Source of the DNA: Eledone cirrhosa
Taxonomy: Eukaryota
Length of the DNA: 64,000 nt
Direction of reading: 5' to 3'
Assembly: GCA_964016885.1 (NCBI GenBank)
Contig: OZ024746.1
Location: 434,001-498,000 of the forward strand
Below are positions 13,975 through 26,162 of the stretch, one piece after another (positions within the stretch are counted from its first letter, which is position 1; every line of letters begins with the position of its first letter). A program made the translations under genes and the position numbers. A model generated the notes under the pieces. The model did not search any database. It worked only from the letters and a program-made list of their open reading frames with translations, and was not told the origin of the DNA.

Positions 13975-14317
13975 GGAGGCACATGGCTTAGTGGTTAGAG
14001 CATTGGCCTTGCAATCGAAAGGTTGTGAGTTCAATTCTCAGACCGGGTGGTGTGTTGTTTCCTTGAGCAAGACACTTTATTTCAAATTGCTCCAGTTTAC
14101 TCAGCTGTAGAAATGAGATGATAGGGACTGAGGTCCTTATCATTCCACTGCAAAGTGGTCGTGTAGGTGCCACGGCAAAAAAGCACCCAGCACTCACTGT
14201 AAATGAGGTTGGTGTTAGGAAGGGCATCCAGCTGTAGAAATCAAGCCAGAATCAGTTCCCGTCCCACCCTTGCAAGCAGGGAAAAGCGGACGTAAAATGA
14301 AATGATGAAATGATGAT
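13975..14317 (+). mobile_element. tRNA-head, CORE-like SINE with RTE-derived tail
   Basis: TGGCTTAGTGG box A, GAGTTCAATTC box B, CCTTGAGCAAGACACT core, tail identical to the RTE family C 3' end. Confidence 0.9.
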
Positions 14318-14923
14318 AACTTGTTCAATTCTTCAAAATTCTTCTTTCAAATGTGAGAATTGTTAACAAATCTTTATGAAATGACAGAGAATTATGTGAC
14401 ATATATCGTATATATTTGAATATAAGCCGAGGAATATGTGACCAAAAAGAAGAAGAAAAAAAAATATTGATGGTAGAAGGCAGTCGGTTTATATTTGGAG
14501 TCAATAATTTGACAAATTTCCCCAAATTCAAATTCTACAAATAAGGTTTAGCATTTTGCCCATTACTCAGACAAAATAGTGTGGTCAGCTTATATTTGAG
14601 AATACTAAATATAAACTGACCACAAACTAAATACATATCTAAAATGCTACTTAAGCAGTTAAAATTAATAACAGAACAGCTATGATATGAGGAATAACTA
14701 GTGATATGAGGAATAATAGTCCTCTTTAAAAAGGAGTTTTATTTTATCAATCATATCAACGCCAGTCCTTGTTTCACTTTGGAAATTATTTGATCAATCT
14801 ATAATAAACTTTGACACATTTTTATTGGTGGTTAACACAAACTGACACACAATATACACTACGACTGCCTCATATACTATGTCTTTCAATGATGTATATA
14901 TTGCTAAAAGATGTGAACATTAG

Positions 14924-14957
<34 letters not shown>

Positions 14958-14963
<6 letters not shown>

Positions 14964-15219
14964 ATACTTGGGGAGGGTCATATTTGTGTAATAATATTGC
15001 CAGAATTAATAACAGAACACACTGTTTGGTTGGTTTTCGCTTCTGTGTCTTTTATATTGGTTAATTTAATTTATTCGGTCCTCAATGTTACCATTGACTG
15101 ACCAACGGTCAAAAATACAGATACAATATAGACACAAACACATATATATAGTCTAACAAAGTTCTTTCGTTGCACATCTGTAACATCGTCAGTGGTGCTA
15201 TTATGTTTCCTCCTGTTGC

Positions 15220-15220
<1 letters not shown>
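14958..15220 (-). mobile_element. Penelope-type terminal repeat relic containing a hammerhead motif (15155-15196)
   Basis: Shares its terminus (TGACCCTCCCCAAGTATAACAATA-like) with the repeat after the GIY-YIG ORF at 54.1 kb. CTGACGA...GAAAGAACTT core. Confidence 0.6.
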
Positions 15221-15273
<53 letters not shown>

Positions 15274-15605
15274 AAAGTACGTCCATAGAATCATTTGATA
15301 AAATATATACAGTATTTCCTCTCCCAATCAGCATAATCAACCACACAAAAAAAATCAATTAAAGAAGGCTATAAGATTAAAAGGCACCTATGAAGAAACA
15401 ATAGATAAATAAACGATGGCTATTTTATTCGCGATCAACAGCCACAGAATATTTACCCAGTATTTCTAATAGCCCATGGAAATCGATTAGATATATAGCC
15501 AATCCATACACAATTAGGTACAAAATCAAAGTTAGAAGAAAAAATGTATATAAGCATACCATAATTTTGGTATGTTTATATACATTTTTTCTTCTAACTT
15601 TGGTT

Positions 15606-15782
15606 ACAGCACTCACTGTAAATGAGGTTGGTGTTAAGAAGAGCATCCAGCTGTAGAAATCAAGCCAAAATCAGTTCCTGTATGAGCAAGGCATGGTCAG
15701 CCGACCGGGCACTGCCCACAACAGGACAACCCGTCTAACCCATGCTAGCATGGAAGAATGGACGTAAAACAGTGATGATGAT
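15606..15782 (+). mobile_element. RTE family A 3' tail only
   Basis: Matches 18435-18612. Confidence 0.85.
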
Positions 15783-16545
15783 ATATATATGGCATGTTTA
15801 TTGAATATTGGGAGAAAAAATACATAGCAAAGTTTGCAATGACATATTTTTCGAATATGCCTTGGTTCTTTATCAAGTTGATTGTAAAGACACACATGTC
15901 AATATAAGCTGTTATAACTAACTGACCTACTCTACAGTTCCTTATAGTCTTTCTACCACACATGATGGAATTTAGTAACCCAGACAAACAACACTTCCTT
16001 ACAATCTCACCACTACACATAATGAAGGAACTAGATTTGACAATTTTGTGATCAAGATAACACTTCCTCATACACACTGTCTCTCAAGAAGGTCAAGTTT
16101 ATAGAACAGATTATTTCATTGCTCACATCAAATTAACTCATTGCTCTACAAAATTTGCTACGTTTTCAAAATCCTTATCTTAGTCAATCTTATGTAGTTG
16201 TTTCTATCATTTTGTTGAACACCATTAGTTAACATACCAACATTTATATCACTGTCTCTCTGTCATATATATATATATCAGAGAGACAGTGATATAAACA
16301 TGACTAGATCTGTGTGATATTATATATATATCCTTTCCTGGCCATATTTCTAATGAAATACACTATTTCATTACTAAAATAGTAACATAACATATTGTTC
16401 TTACTTCAAATTGTGTTGGAAGATTTTAATTTGAATAGGAACCTTTTAAAATGGTTGGTTTTATTTCCTAGAACCAGAACTGGTTTAGCTAGGTTGGTAT
16501 GAAAGGATTTTAAAAAGAGGATTTAGTTATATGACAACTTGACTG

Positions 16546-16748
16546 ATATGTGATGGCCTACAGCTATCATCTGACAATCAATGTTATATGTGATGGCCTA
16601 CAGCTATCATCTGACAATCAATGTTATATGTGATGGCCTACAGCTATCATCTGACAATCAATGTTATATGTGATGGCCTACAGCTATCATCTGACAATCA
16701 ATGTTATATGTGATGGCCTACAGCTATCATCTAACAATCAATGTTATG
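16546..16748. repeat. 40 bp tandem repeat x5
   Basis: TGATGGCCTACAGCTATCATCTGACAATCAATGTTATATG. Confidence 0.95.
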
Positions 16749-16807
16749 TAATCCAGAGGAAAGTTTAATATAAAATTGAAAGAAGGTAGAGAGGTATGAT
16801 AACAATA

Positions 16808-16933
16808 ACTATAGGACTACTACTATAGGACTACTACTATAGGACTACTACTATAGGACTACTACTATAGGACTACTACTATAGGACTACTACTATAGGA
16901 CTACTACTATAGGACTACTACTATAGGACTACT
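16808..16933. repeat. 14 bp tandem repeat x9
   Basis: (ACTATAGGACTACT)n. Confidence 0.95.
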
Positions 16934-17593
16934 TGAGAAGTTATATGACAGTAAAATAACAAAAAACATTCAGAATAATTTCAGAGGTGATGTAAAGTGG
17001 TTGGTGATAGGAGGGACATCCAGCTGTAGAACCCATGCCAAAATTAGTTGAGAGGACACTATAGTTGTATCAAGGATACTACGTCTCTAATGTTGGTGAC
17101 ACAACCAGCACACTCTGTAAAGTGGTTGGTAATAGGCAGGACAACCAGCTGTAGGAACTATGAGAGGGATATTTATCATCAACTTACATAGTAAAATATT
17201 TTTGTGGCGAGAACCGCACAACCGATTTTTTTCAAACTTTACACATGTAATACTTATGGTCCTGGGAGTGTTTTGAGCAAACAATAATTCAAATTTTCAA
17301 TGCCCTAAGGACCGAATTAGGCGATTTAGCGATCTCTCTCTATAATTCTTAGTCTTTCTTTTTAGATAGATACATACATACATATAACGTTGCGCCCTTA
17401 TAATATCTGTCTGTATGTCTGACTGTCTGCATTACAATATTATGGCGTAGCTGTGCGCGCGTGCGTGTAACGTTTTTCAAAATATTTACTTCTGCGTTCA
17501 CATTGATTTTTTTTAGTTTCAGAAGATCCCGTTAAGAGTGAAAGCAGCGATTCTTTGCTTAAACTTTAATCTGTTATTTTAATATATATATTA

Positions 17594-18612
17594 GAGATGT
17601 AGCGGGATCTCAGGAAGCTTAATTAAGAATGTAGGATTCACATGCAGCAGCTGTGCTGAAACAGCAAACAGCAAACAGCCACAGGAAACAAGTACCACCA
17701 ATCTCTGGGAGGGCCCTGTAGAAACAGTAGACAGCTTCTGCTACCTAGGTGACCAAATTAGCAACGGAGGTGGGTGTTCAGAAAGTACAATAACTAGGGT
17801 AAGAACGGGATGGAAGAAGTTTAGGGAACTACTACCACTGCTAGCTGCAAAAGGCTTCTCCCTCAGAATGAAAGGCAGACTGTATGATGCGTGTATCCGA
17901 ACAGCATGTTGCATGGTAGTGAGACCTGGGCGCTGAAGGTGGAAGACTTACGTAGATTAGAGAGAAACGAAGCCTGCATGCTCCGATGGATGTGTAACAG
18001 TAATATACGTGAACGACAAAGCATAAATGAATTGAGAGAGAGACTGAGCATAAGAGGAATCAAATGCTGTGTGCAGGAGAGGCGGTTGCGCTGGTATGGA
18101 CATGTGATGCGTATGAAGGATGACAGCTGCATAAAAAGGTGCAGAGCACTAGAAGTTGATGGAAACCGCGGAGTGGGGAGACCCAAGATGACCTGGGATG
18201 AGGTGATAAAAGCCGACCTTACCCAATTACACCTCTCAAAGACAATGACACATGACCGTGACTTCTGGCGTCACGCAGTAATACAGAGTACCCGACCTCC
18301 CATGGGTACATGCTGAAGCATATAAACAATATGTCCCCACACCCCCCACCGCAAGGTGGTCATGGAGGTGCCACAGCAAAAAAGCACCCAGCCCACACTG
18401 TAAAGTGGACGTGTAGGCGCCACGAAAAAGCACCCAGCACTCACTGTAAATGAAGTTGGTGTTAGGAAGGGCATCCAGCTGTAGAAATCAAGCCAGATCA
18501 GTTCCTGTATGAGCAAGGCATGGTCAGCCGAACAGACACTGCACACAACAGGACAACCCGTCTAACCCATGCTAGCGTGGAAGAACGGACGTAAAACGGT
18601 GATGATGATGAT
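17594..18612 (+). mobile_element. 5'-truncated RTE LINE, family A
   Basis: HGSETW and RRLRWYGHV motifs, modular 3' UTR, (TGA)n tail. Confidence 0.93.
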
Positions 18613-18614
18613 AA

Positions 18615-20231
18615 GCTTTTGTTGACTTGGAGAAAGCCTTTGACAGAGTCTCCCCGCTCCATTATCTGGTGGGCACTTAGAAAACTAGGTGTTGATAAAT
18701 GGCTTGTGAGAGCTATACAAGCTATGTATAAAGAAACAGTCAGTAAGGTTAGAATTAACAACGAATATAGTGAAGAATTTAGCGTAAAAGTTGGTGTTCA
18801 TCAAGGCTCTGTTCTTAGCCCCCTCCTATTTATTATTGCCCTTCAGGCTATAACAGAGGAGTTGAAGACCGGCTGCCCATGGGAACTCCTATATGCAGAT
18901 GATCTAACGCTCATAGCTGAATCAATGGCTGAACTAGAGAAGAAATTCCAAACATGGAAGCATGGCCTAGAATCAAAAGGCCTTAAAATTAACCTGTCTA
19001 AGACTAAAGTTCTAGTTTGTAGGAAGGAAAATAGGGCACTGGTCCCATCTGGGAAATGGCCATGCTCAGTGTGTAGGAAAGGAGTAGGAAGAAACTCCAT
19101 GTTATGTCCCAAATGCAAAGTATGGGTGCATAAAAGATGTAGTGGGATCACAGGTAAGCTAACTAAGAATATAGATTTTATATGTGGCTGGTGCTCAGGT
19201 GCAATAAGTAGCAGCAAGTGCCCACAAAATACTAGCTCATTCCATTGCACAGATGGTTCTATAGAAATAATGGACACCTTCCGTTACCTGGGTGACAAAA
19301 TCAGCAGTAGTGGAGGGTGCTCTGAAAGTACAGTAGCTAGAGTCAAAACAAGATGGAAAAAGTTCAGAGAGCTTATACCACTATTGGCCGCTAAAGGTTT
19401 TTCTCTAAAAATGAAAGGCAGGCTGTATGATGCCTGCATACGAACAACAATGTTACATGGCAGTGAGACCTGGGCATTGTGTGCAGAGGATATACGCAGA
19501 CTGGAAAGGAACGAAGCTTGCATGCTCCGCTGGATGTGTAATAGTAACATACGTGAACGGCAAAGCATAAACGAACTAAGGGAGAAATTAGGAATAAGAG
19601 GGATCAGATGTTGTTTACTCGAGAGAAGACTACATTGGTATTGTCACGTGATGCGCATGAAAGACGACAGCTGTATAAAAAAGTGCAGGGCGATAAAAAT
19701 AGACGGTAGCCACAGAGTAGGCAGACCCAGAAAAAGCTGGGACGACTTGATAAATTCCGACCTCACACACTTACACCTCTCCAAGACAATGTCACTGGAC
19801 CGAGATCTTTGGCGCTACACAGTAATACAGAAGACCCGCCTTGCCTAAGTACAAAGTGAAACCTACAGTCAGTAGGCACCTCTTAACAAAAATACACCCC
19901 CGTCCCCCTACACCCACCCCATCCATCCATACCACCCCTTCCTATGTGAAGTTATGTTGGTACCACAACATCCAGTCCGAAATAAATGAGGTCGTGTAGG
20001 TGTCACGACAAAAAAACACAGTCCACGCTGTAATGTGACCGTGTAGGTAACACGGTAAAAACCTCCCAGTGCCACACTGTAAACGTGGTTGGTGTTAGGA
20101 AGGGCACCCAGCTGTAGAAAACCCGCCAGACAGTCTTATGCGAGCAAGACAACCAATCTTGCCTCAAGTGGGAAAATTCCCGTCCAAACCCATGCTAGCG
20201 TGGAAGATGGACGTTAAATGATGATGATGAT
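18615..20231 (+). mobile_element. 5'-truncated RTE LINE, family B, open through the RT C-terminal half to the stop
   Basis: ORF 18619-19848 with GVHQGSVLSP, LLYADD and C4HC3 finger; (TGA)n tail. Confidence 0.95.
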
Positions 20232-21794
20232 ATATGTATATATATATAATTATATATTCGTGTACAGATATTTTTGCATACACAATAACAAAATATAAAC
20301 AAACGTATTTATTTCACGAGGCTCGACAGCAGTTAAAAACGACAACAAAAAAGAGAGAGAACGCAATTACATGCTTTTGAAAAATCTTAATGGAAAACTA
20401 TTTGCCTATTCACCCAAGGCGACTTAACTTTTTATTAGGACTTCTGCATCAATTGGTGAACATATGACGAAACTGTTTCAGAAAGGAGGGATAAACATGC
20501 CAATCTATGTTTAGAATACCGAGCAACGGGATTCTGCTAGTTTTTTCTATAATAACCAAATTAATTTAATGTAAAAACGATTCAATTCCAACCATTAAAA
20601 CACAAACCAACACAGTTTATTTTTCCAATATTTAGTATCATGTTAATAGTAATATATATATATTATTATTCTAATACTGTAACCCCTGATGACTCACAAA
20701 CATATCCTATTTAAAATAAATGTCTATTAAATGTATTGTTGTTGATATAAAACCTAATGTACAACAAGATATGGCACTAGCTGTCTGTTTTAATGATGGC
20801 CTCATTGACCTTCAGTACTCAGCTTAAAACAACTGGGACAATATCAAATGTAGTCCAACCAGCATCTGCTCTGCCTTCAGACTGTCTCACAACCAAACAG
20901 AAGGGCATGGTTCAATTCAGTGCCCTCTTTGTCAACCAGCACCCTTCTCAACAGCCATGTACTCTGGCCTCTATATGTATGAACCATGTAAATGGTACTG
21001 TGAAGATATTGTCTATCTGGTTACAGTGTGGGACAATGCCCTCACCCCACTGCTCTGAATGACCCGATGGTCACACTGTGAGACAATACCCTCACCAGAC
21101 TGCTCTGAATAACCAGTAGGCCACACGTCTTAATAACTGATGTTAGACCTGTTATAATATATATATTTTTAAAAATTGATGTTTGGAAACTAAGCATTCT
21201 TAGTTTATTACACAAATATTTTCTAAAATTTTTTTTACCATATTTCTAATGTAATCTACCGTCAAGTTTCTAAACATCAAAGTGTTCAAATATATATACA
21301 ACAGTTATACCATCATTTATAAAAGCACCTGGCCTATAGGGTGTTGGTCTTACAATCATGTGGCTTATTTCATGTGGATTTTCATGACAGATCTAGGGGC
21401 TCCTATCATTAAAAACCAAGAAACCTTCTACGAGAGGAAACTTCATAGGAACCAGTTCACCGTAGATAAGTGTGAGATATTTTATTTTTATTTTTATACC
21501 ATCATTGAGTTTTAAATATGGGTTAATGTACCATCATACCACTGAAAATATCTCACTGTTTGTAGGAGAGGAGGTGGGGATGCAGGGAGGGGAGGGGGGG
21601 GGGGGATATGGGAGATAAGATAATTTGATTTTTATACTTCTTTATGAAGCAGCAGTAGCTATAGTTAGTTTTGACAATAACATGGGTGTACCATTGAAAT
21701 ACTTGATAAGAACTATTCCAGCACACTTTTGGTACTATTTTAGTCATCCTAGCGACTAAATCACAAAGCCTTGGTCAGCTTGAGGTTATAGAAG

Positions 21795-22170
21795 ACACTG
21801 TAAAGTGGTCGTGTTGGTGTCACAACAAAATCACGCAGTCTACACTGTAAAGTGACTGTGTAGGTGTCAGGGCCAAAAAACACCCAGTAGTCGTGTAGGT
21901 GTCAGGGCCAAAAAACACCCAGTAGTCGTGTAGGTGTCACGGCAAAAAAACACCCAGTACACACTATAAAGTGGTCATGTAGGTGTCACAACAAAAAGCA
22001 CCCAGTCACTCACTGTTAATGTGGTTGGCATTAGGAAGGGCATCCAGCCATAGAAACGATACTAGAACCAGTTCTGTATGAGCAAGACATGGTCATTTGA
22101 ACTGACTTGTCTCACAACAGGGTAGCTCGTCTAACCCATGCTAGCATGGAAAATTGATAAGTGAAGATAA
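21795..22170 (+). mobile_element. RTE-type 3' UTR/tail with expanded internal modules
   Basis: Repeated CACTGTAAAGTGGTCGTGTAGGTGTCAC...CACCCAG modules followed by AGGAAGGGCATCCAG. Confidence 0.8.
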
Positions 22171-23363
22171 TGTATATAAAAGGCAGTGTACCAATGAAAG
22201 CTACAATTATAACTAATCAATACACTGGTTTCACTATTGAAAAAGTTAATTCATAATCTGGTTAGAGGATCAAAATCAATGTAACACATTAGCCTGGCTT
22301 TAGTGCAAGATAAAGGCTATAAAGCTATTCATACGATGAGAATTTATTGTAAAAGTTTAGTACCATAGTTTTTAAAAGGGGTTAAATATACACAATATTA
22401 ATTCTCTTGATATCAAACCACCCGAAACTGCATCTGGTTCAATGATACAAAATTATTTGTTTTAAAGTGTTATATGTACGTATTAACCTGTAGCTCTTTG
22501 GGAAGTGGTAGGAGTGTGTTATATTGATAATGTTTCTAGGACAGTTTTTTAAACCTAACAGAACCCATCTCCTCCTCAGGTCTGAATACAGCAGATTTCT
22601 TCCAGAGGAAGATAGAGAATGAGAGAAAAAGATATAGAGGAAGAATCGACCCTAGTACTTGACTGGTACTGTTCATCGACTTCAAATGGATGAAAAGCAA
22701 AGTTGACCTCGGCGGAATTTTAAACTCAGACAGTTGGAATGAATACTGCAAAGCATTCTATCTGACAATCTAACGACAAACAGACATGACAGGCTTCCAT
22801 AGACTGACCCATCTAGCACATTTCACTGACAAGGCTGTGGTCAACTTGGGGCTAAAGACACCTATCTGTACCTCGCAGTGGGGATGCGGGACCACATGCT
22901 TTAGAAACGAACTTCTAACCCACACAGCCACCACTGCACCTACTTAAAGTGTTTATATTCATCTAAAAACCTTCCATCACAATTATGAGAACCTTTAAGT
23001 TATGCTCCAAACACCATATAAATGAGAAAGTTATATTACTAAATCCCTCCAAATTCTCTATTTTCAAAATGATTTGAAAATCATAATCAGTGTCTTTCAT
23101 TAGAAATATGATAACAGTTAAAGTGCAAGGTATAGCAATGAATATATGTAGATTCTGTGGGTTTCCTGTACTGGTGAAAAGAAGCATTCAGACAAGAAGT
23201 TACTTGCTATAGTAAATATTTAATGTACCAAATATACTGCTGTTAACATCCTGTAAGGCTACAGAAGAAAATATCTAAAAATAGATTTGTTAGTTCAAAT
23301 GTATCTTTACTAGATTTGTTTAAATGTTTAATGTAATGCAGTCATAATGCTGTTTTGTACCTT

Positions 23364-23592
23364 TTAACCCTTTAGTTACCAACCTGGCCAGAACCAGCTC
23401 TTGTTCTATGAAATAAAACCACCCATTTTAAAGGTTTCTAATTTAAATTAAAGTCTTCCAACATAATTTTATATAAGAACCTTACATTAAGTTACTATCG
23501 TAGTAATGAAATAATTAATTTTAGTAAATCCCTAAAAAATCTTAATTGAAATTGAGTGTATTACATTAGAAATGAGGTGATGAAAGGGTTAA
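23364..23592. mobile_element. piggyBac-like MITE
   Basis: TTAA|CCCTTT...AAAGGG|TTAA ends. Inverted paralogue at 31405-31633, with fragments elsewhere. Confidence 0.75.
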
Positions 23593-24540
23593 TGTCTAAC
23601 ACAGTTCTATTTGGTAAAAGACATTTAAAGTTAATGTAAGACTGGGTTATTGAGGAGAGGGTGGGGCTGAGGGGACATATATTTCAAAAGAGTAGAAAAG
23701 TGCTCCAGGTCGTAAGACATAGGCTAACATTGTAGGTGTAACATATCTGAGGATTACAAGTTTTAATCTTTTATCTCGCGCTCCTTAACCCCAAGGCCCT
23801 GTTCAAGCCTCCCTTAATGCTCAATTCAAGAAATTGAGTCCAGAAGTGAACAGCAACAACTAAACCCCTTTTCCTCCAATACCAGACCTATCATCTTCTT
23901 ACAATACCAGCTTCATTCTAAACTCTTCATACCAACTCTCAAACAAAACCACCTATTTAAATTAAATCTTCGAGAGAGAGTCTGCGGTACTGAGACCACT
24001 AATCATGGAAGTACTCAATGCAGGGGGGGGGGGGGGCAGTCTAGATTTTACCTATTTCCATATAATAACAATGAAAATTATAGTGTACAGTATATATATA
24101 TCTATACTTACATACACTCTATATACAATAATGATAATTGCAAAGTCCAGTATAAATTCATAAGTCATTTTATTCAGAAAAAAATGTGTGTGAATATGTA
24201 TATATGTGTGTATATACATATGATATATACAAACTTTTTAAGAAGTGTTTCTTTAATGCTTTTATGATGTTATTGTCATGATAATGTATTTACGTCATTG
24301 TATCTGGTAAAGGTAGCTAGATATTTGATGTAACAGCTTGGGTATCAGTCATAACTTTTGAATATAAAGTGTCTGGGTGTGACTACATGTTTGGATAAAC
24401 ACTGTTCAACATGGCATGATAATAGCTTTGTTGATTAACAACAGCTTCCACTTGATGACTCAGATATTAGGAGGGGGGGGGTGCAATATTTGGCTGCTAC
24501 TTACAAAAACAAGATCTTCTGGGCACCAAGGAGAAAGAAG

Positions 24541-25108
24541 CATTTGTTTTTATCTAAAACAGGTATGGTGGTCTTATAAAAAGTATGTTTTTATCTAAAA
24601 CAGTTATAGTGGTCTTATAAAAAGTGTTTTTATCTAAAACAGGTATGGTGGTCTTATAAAAAGTGTTTTTATCTAAAACAGGTATAGTGGTCTTATAAAA
24701 AGTGTTTTTATCTAAAACAGGTATAGTGGTCTTATAAAAAGTATGTTTTTATCTAAAACAGGTATAGTGGTCTTATAAAAAGTATGTTTTTTATCTAAAA
24801 CAGGTATGGTGGTCTTATAAAAAGTATGTTTTTTATCTAAAACAGGTATGGTGGTCTTATAAAAAGTATGTTTTTATTTAAAACAGGTATGGTGGTCTTA
24901 TAAAAAGTAAGTTTTTATCTAAAACAGGTATGGTGGTCTTATAAAAAGTAAGTTTTTATCTAAAACAGGTATAGTGGTCTTATAAAAAGTGTTTTTATCT
25001 AAAACAGGTATAGTGGTCTTATAAAAAGTGTTTTTATCTAAAACAGGTATAGTGGTCTTATAAAAAGTGTTTTTATCTAAAACAGGTATGGTGGTCTTAT
25101 AAAAAGTG
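24541..25108. repeat. ~38-41 bp minisatellite
   Basis: TTTTTATCTAAAACAGGTATGGTGGTCTTATAAAAAGT(AT)G tandem. Confidence 0.96.
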
Positions 25109-26162
25109 GTAATAAGAAGGAAGAGGAGGAAATATAGAATTATCTGAGATTGGTAAACATTAGTATATCTTTAACCAGGTGATCTGAAACTTAATACATT
25201 CAATAGCTGCTTCAACTAAAGAAAATTTAATTTAAACAAAAAAAAAAAAAGTGAGAAAAATGTTGATGACATCTCTTATTTTACATGAGCTGGACAAAAC
25301 CCAGAACTTACTGTCACCAGCATTAAATACTAGACTCTCCCCTAGACAGGATGCCAGTCTGTCACAGATCTAACCCCTAGCTACCATTGACACATTTTTT
25401 TTCAACCGAGTGGAGCTGGAGTAACAAGAGTGCCTTACACAAACGCAATGTTTCACCCAGTCTGTGAATTGAACTCGTGACCAGATAAACAGTAAATGGC
25501 CCTTGCCTTTTAATGGTTGTGTGGAATTGGAGAAACAATCTGAGGATATGTGGAGACAAAGTACTCTCGGCTCTCAAATAATCATCATCATCCCCCACAC
25601 TTAGTAATTTTTCAGATTTTTTTCCCACCCCCTTATCTCCAATGAAATGGTAACATTCCTGTGATAATTTTCTTTAGACATTAAAAAACATTATACACGA
25701 CTAAAAAAGAACATTACAAGAAATCGCACACATTATAAAATAGGATGGGTTGGAGGTCTCAATAATGTAAACTAAACTAATTCTGTTTTTTTTTACCAGC
25801 TCTGGTTCTATGAAATAAAACCACGCATTTTAAAGGTTTCCAATTCAAATTAAAATCCTCCAACATAATTCCACATAAGAACTTTACATTAAGTTACTCG
25901 CTTAGTAATGAAATAATTTTAGTAAATCCTTTGAAATTCTTCATTAATTAAGATAAGAGTTATCCAAACATCTTGCTTGAGTTCTACCTCTGGGTCACCT
26001 GCCAGTTGGTTTTGCTTGTAAAATCTGTCCAGCGATTCTTTCCTGCGATATTCTAACCACATGCCTTTAATTTCGGTGCAATGATCTCTCAATTCGGAGG
26101 AGTAGCGGCTCTACTTGGAGTGGCTATCAGATCTTTATTATTTTCAAAATTAATTGAAACAC

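Larger units (their letters stand above)
17190..20540 (+). mobile_element. Non-autonomous Helitron-like element interrupted by two RTE copies
   Basis: 17480-17590 joined to 20235-20317 matches the uninterrupted 11331-11521. Ends in CCGAGCAACGGGATTCTGCTAG|T, a CTAG terminus. Confidence 0.6.

Noticed and set aside
13975-14050. tRNA gene
   Set aside because: SINE head: no closed acceptor stem, and it continues into the repeat body in three copies.
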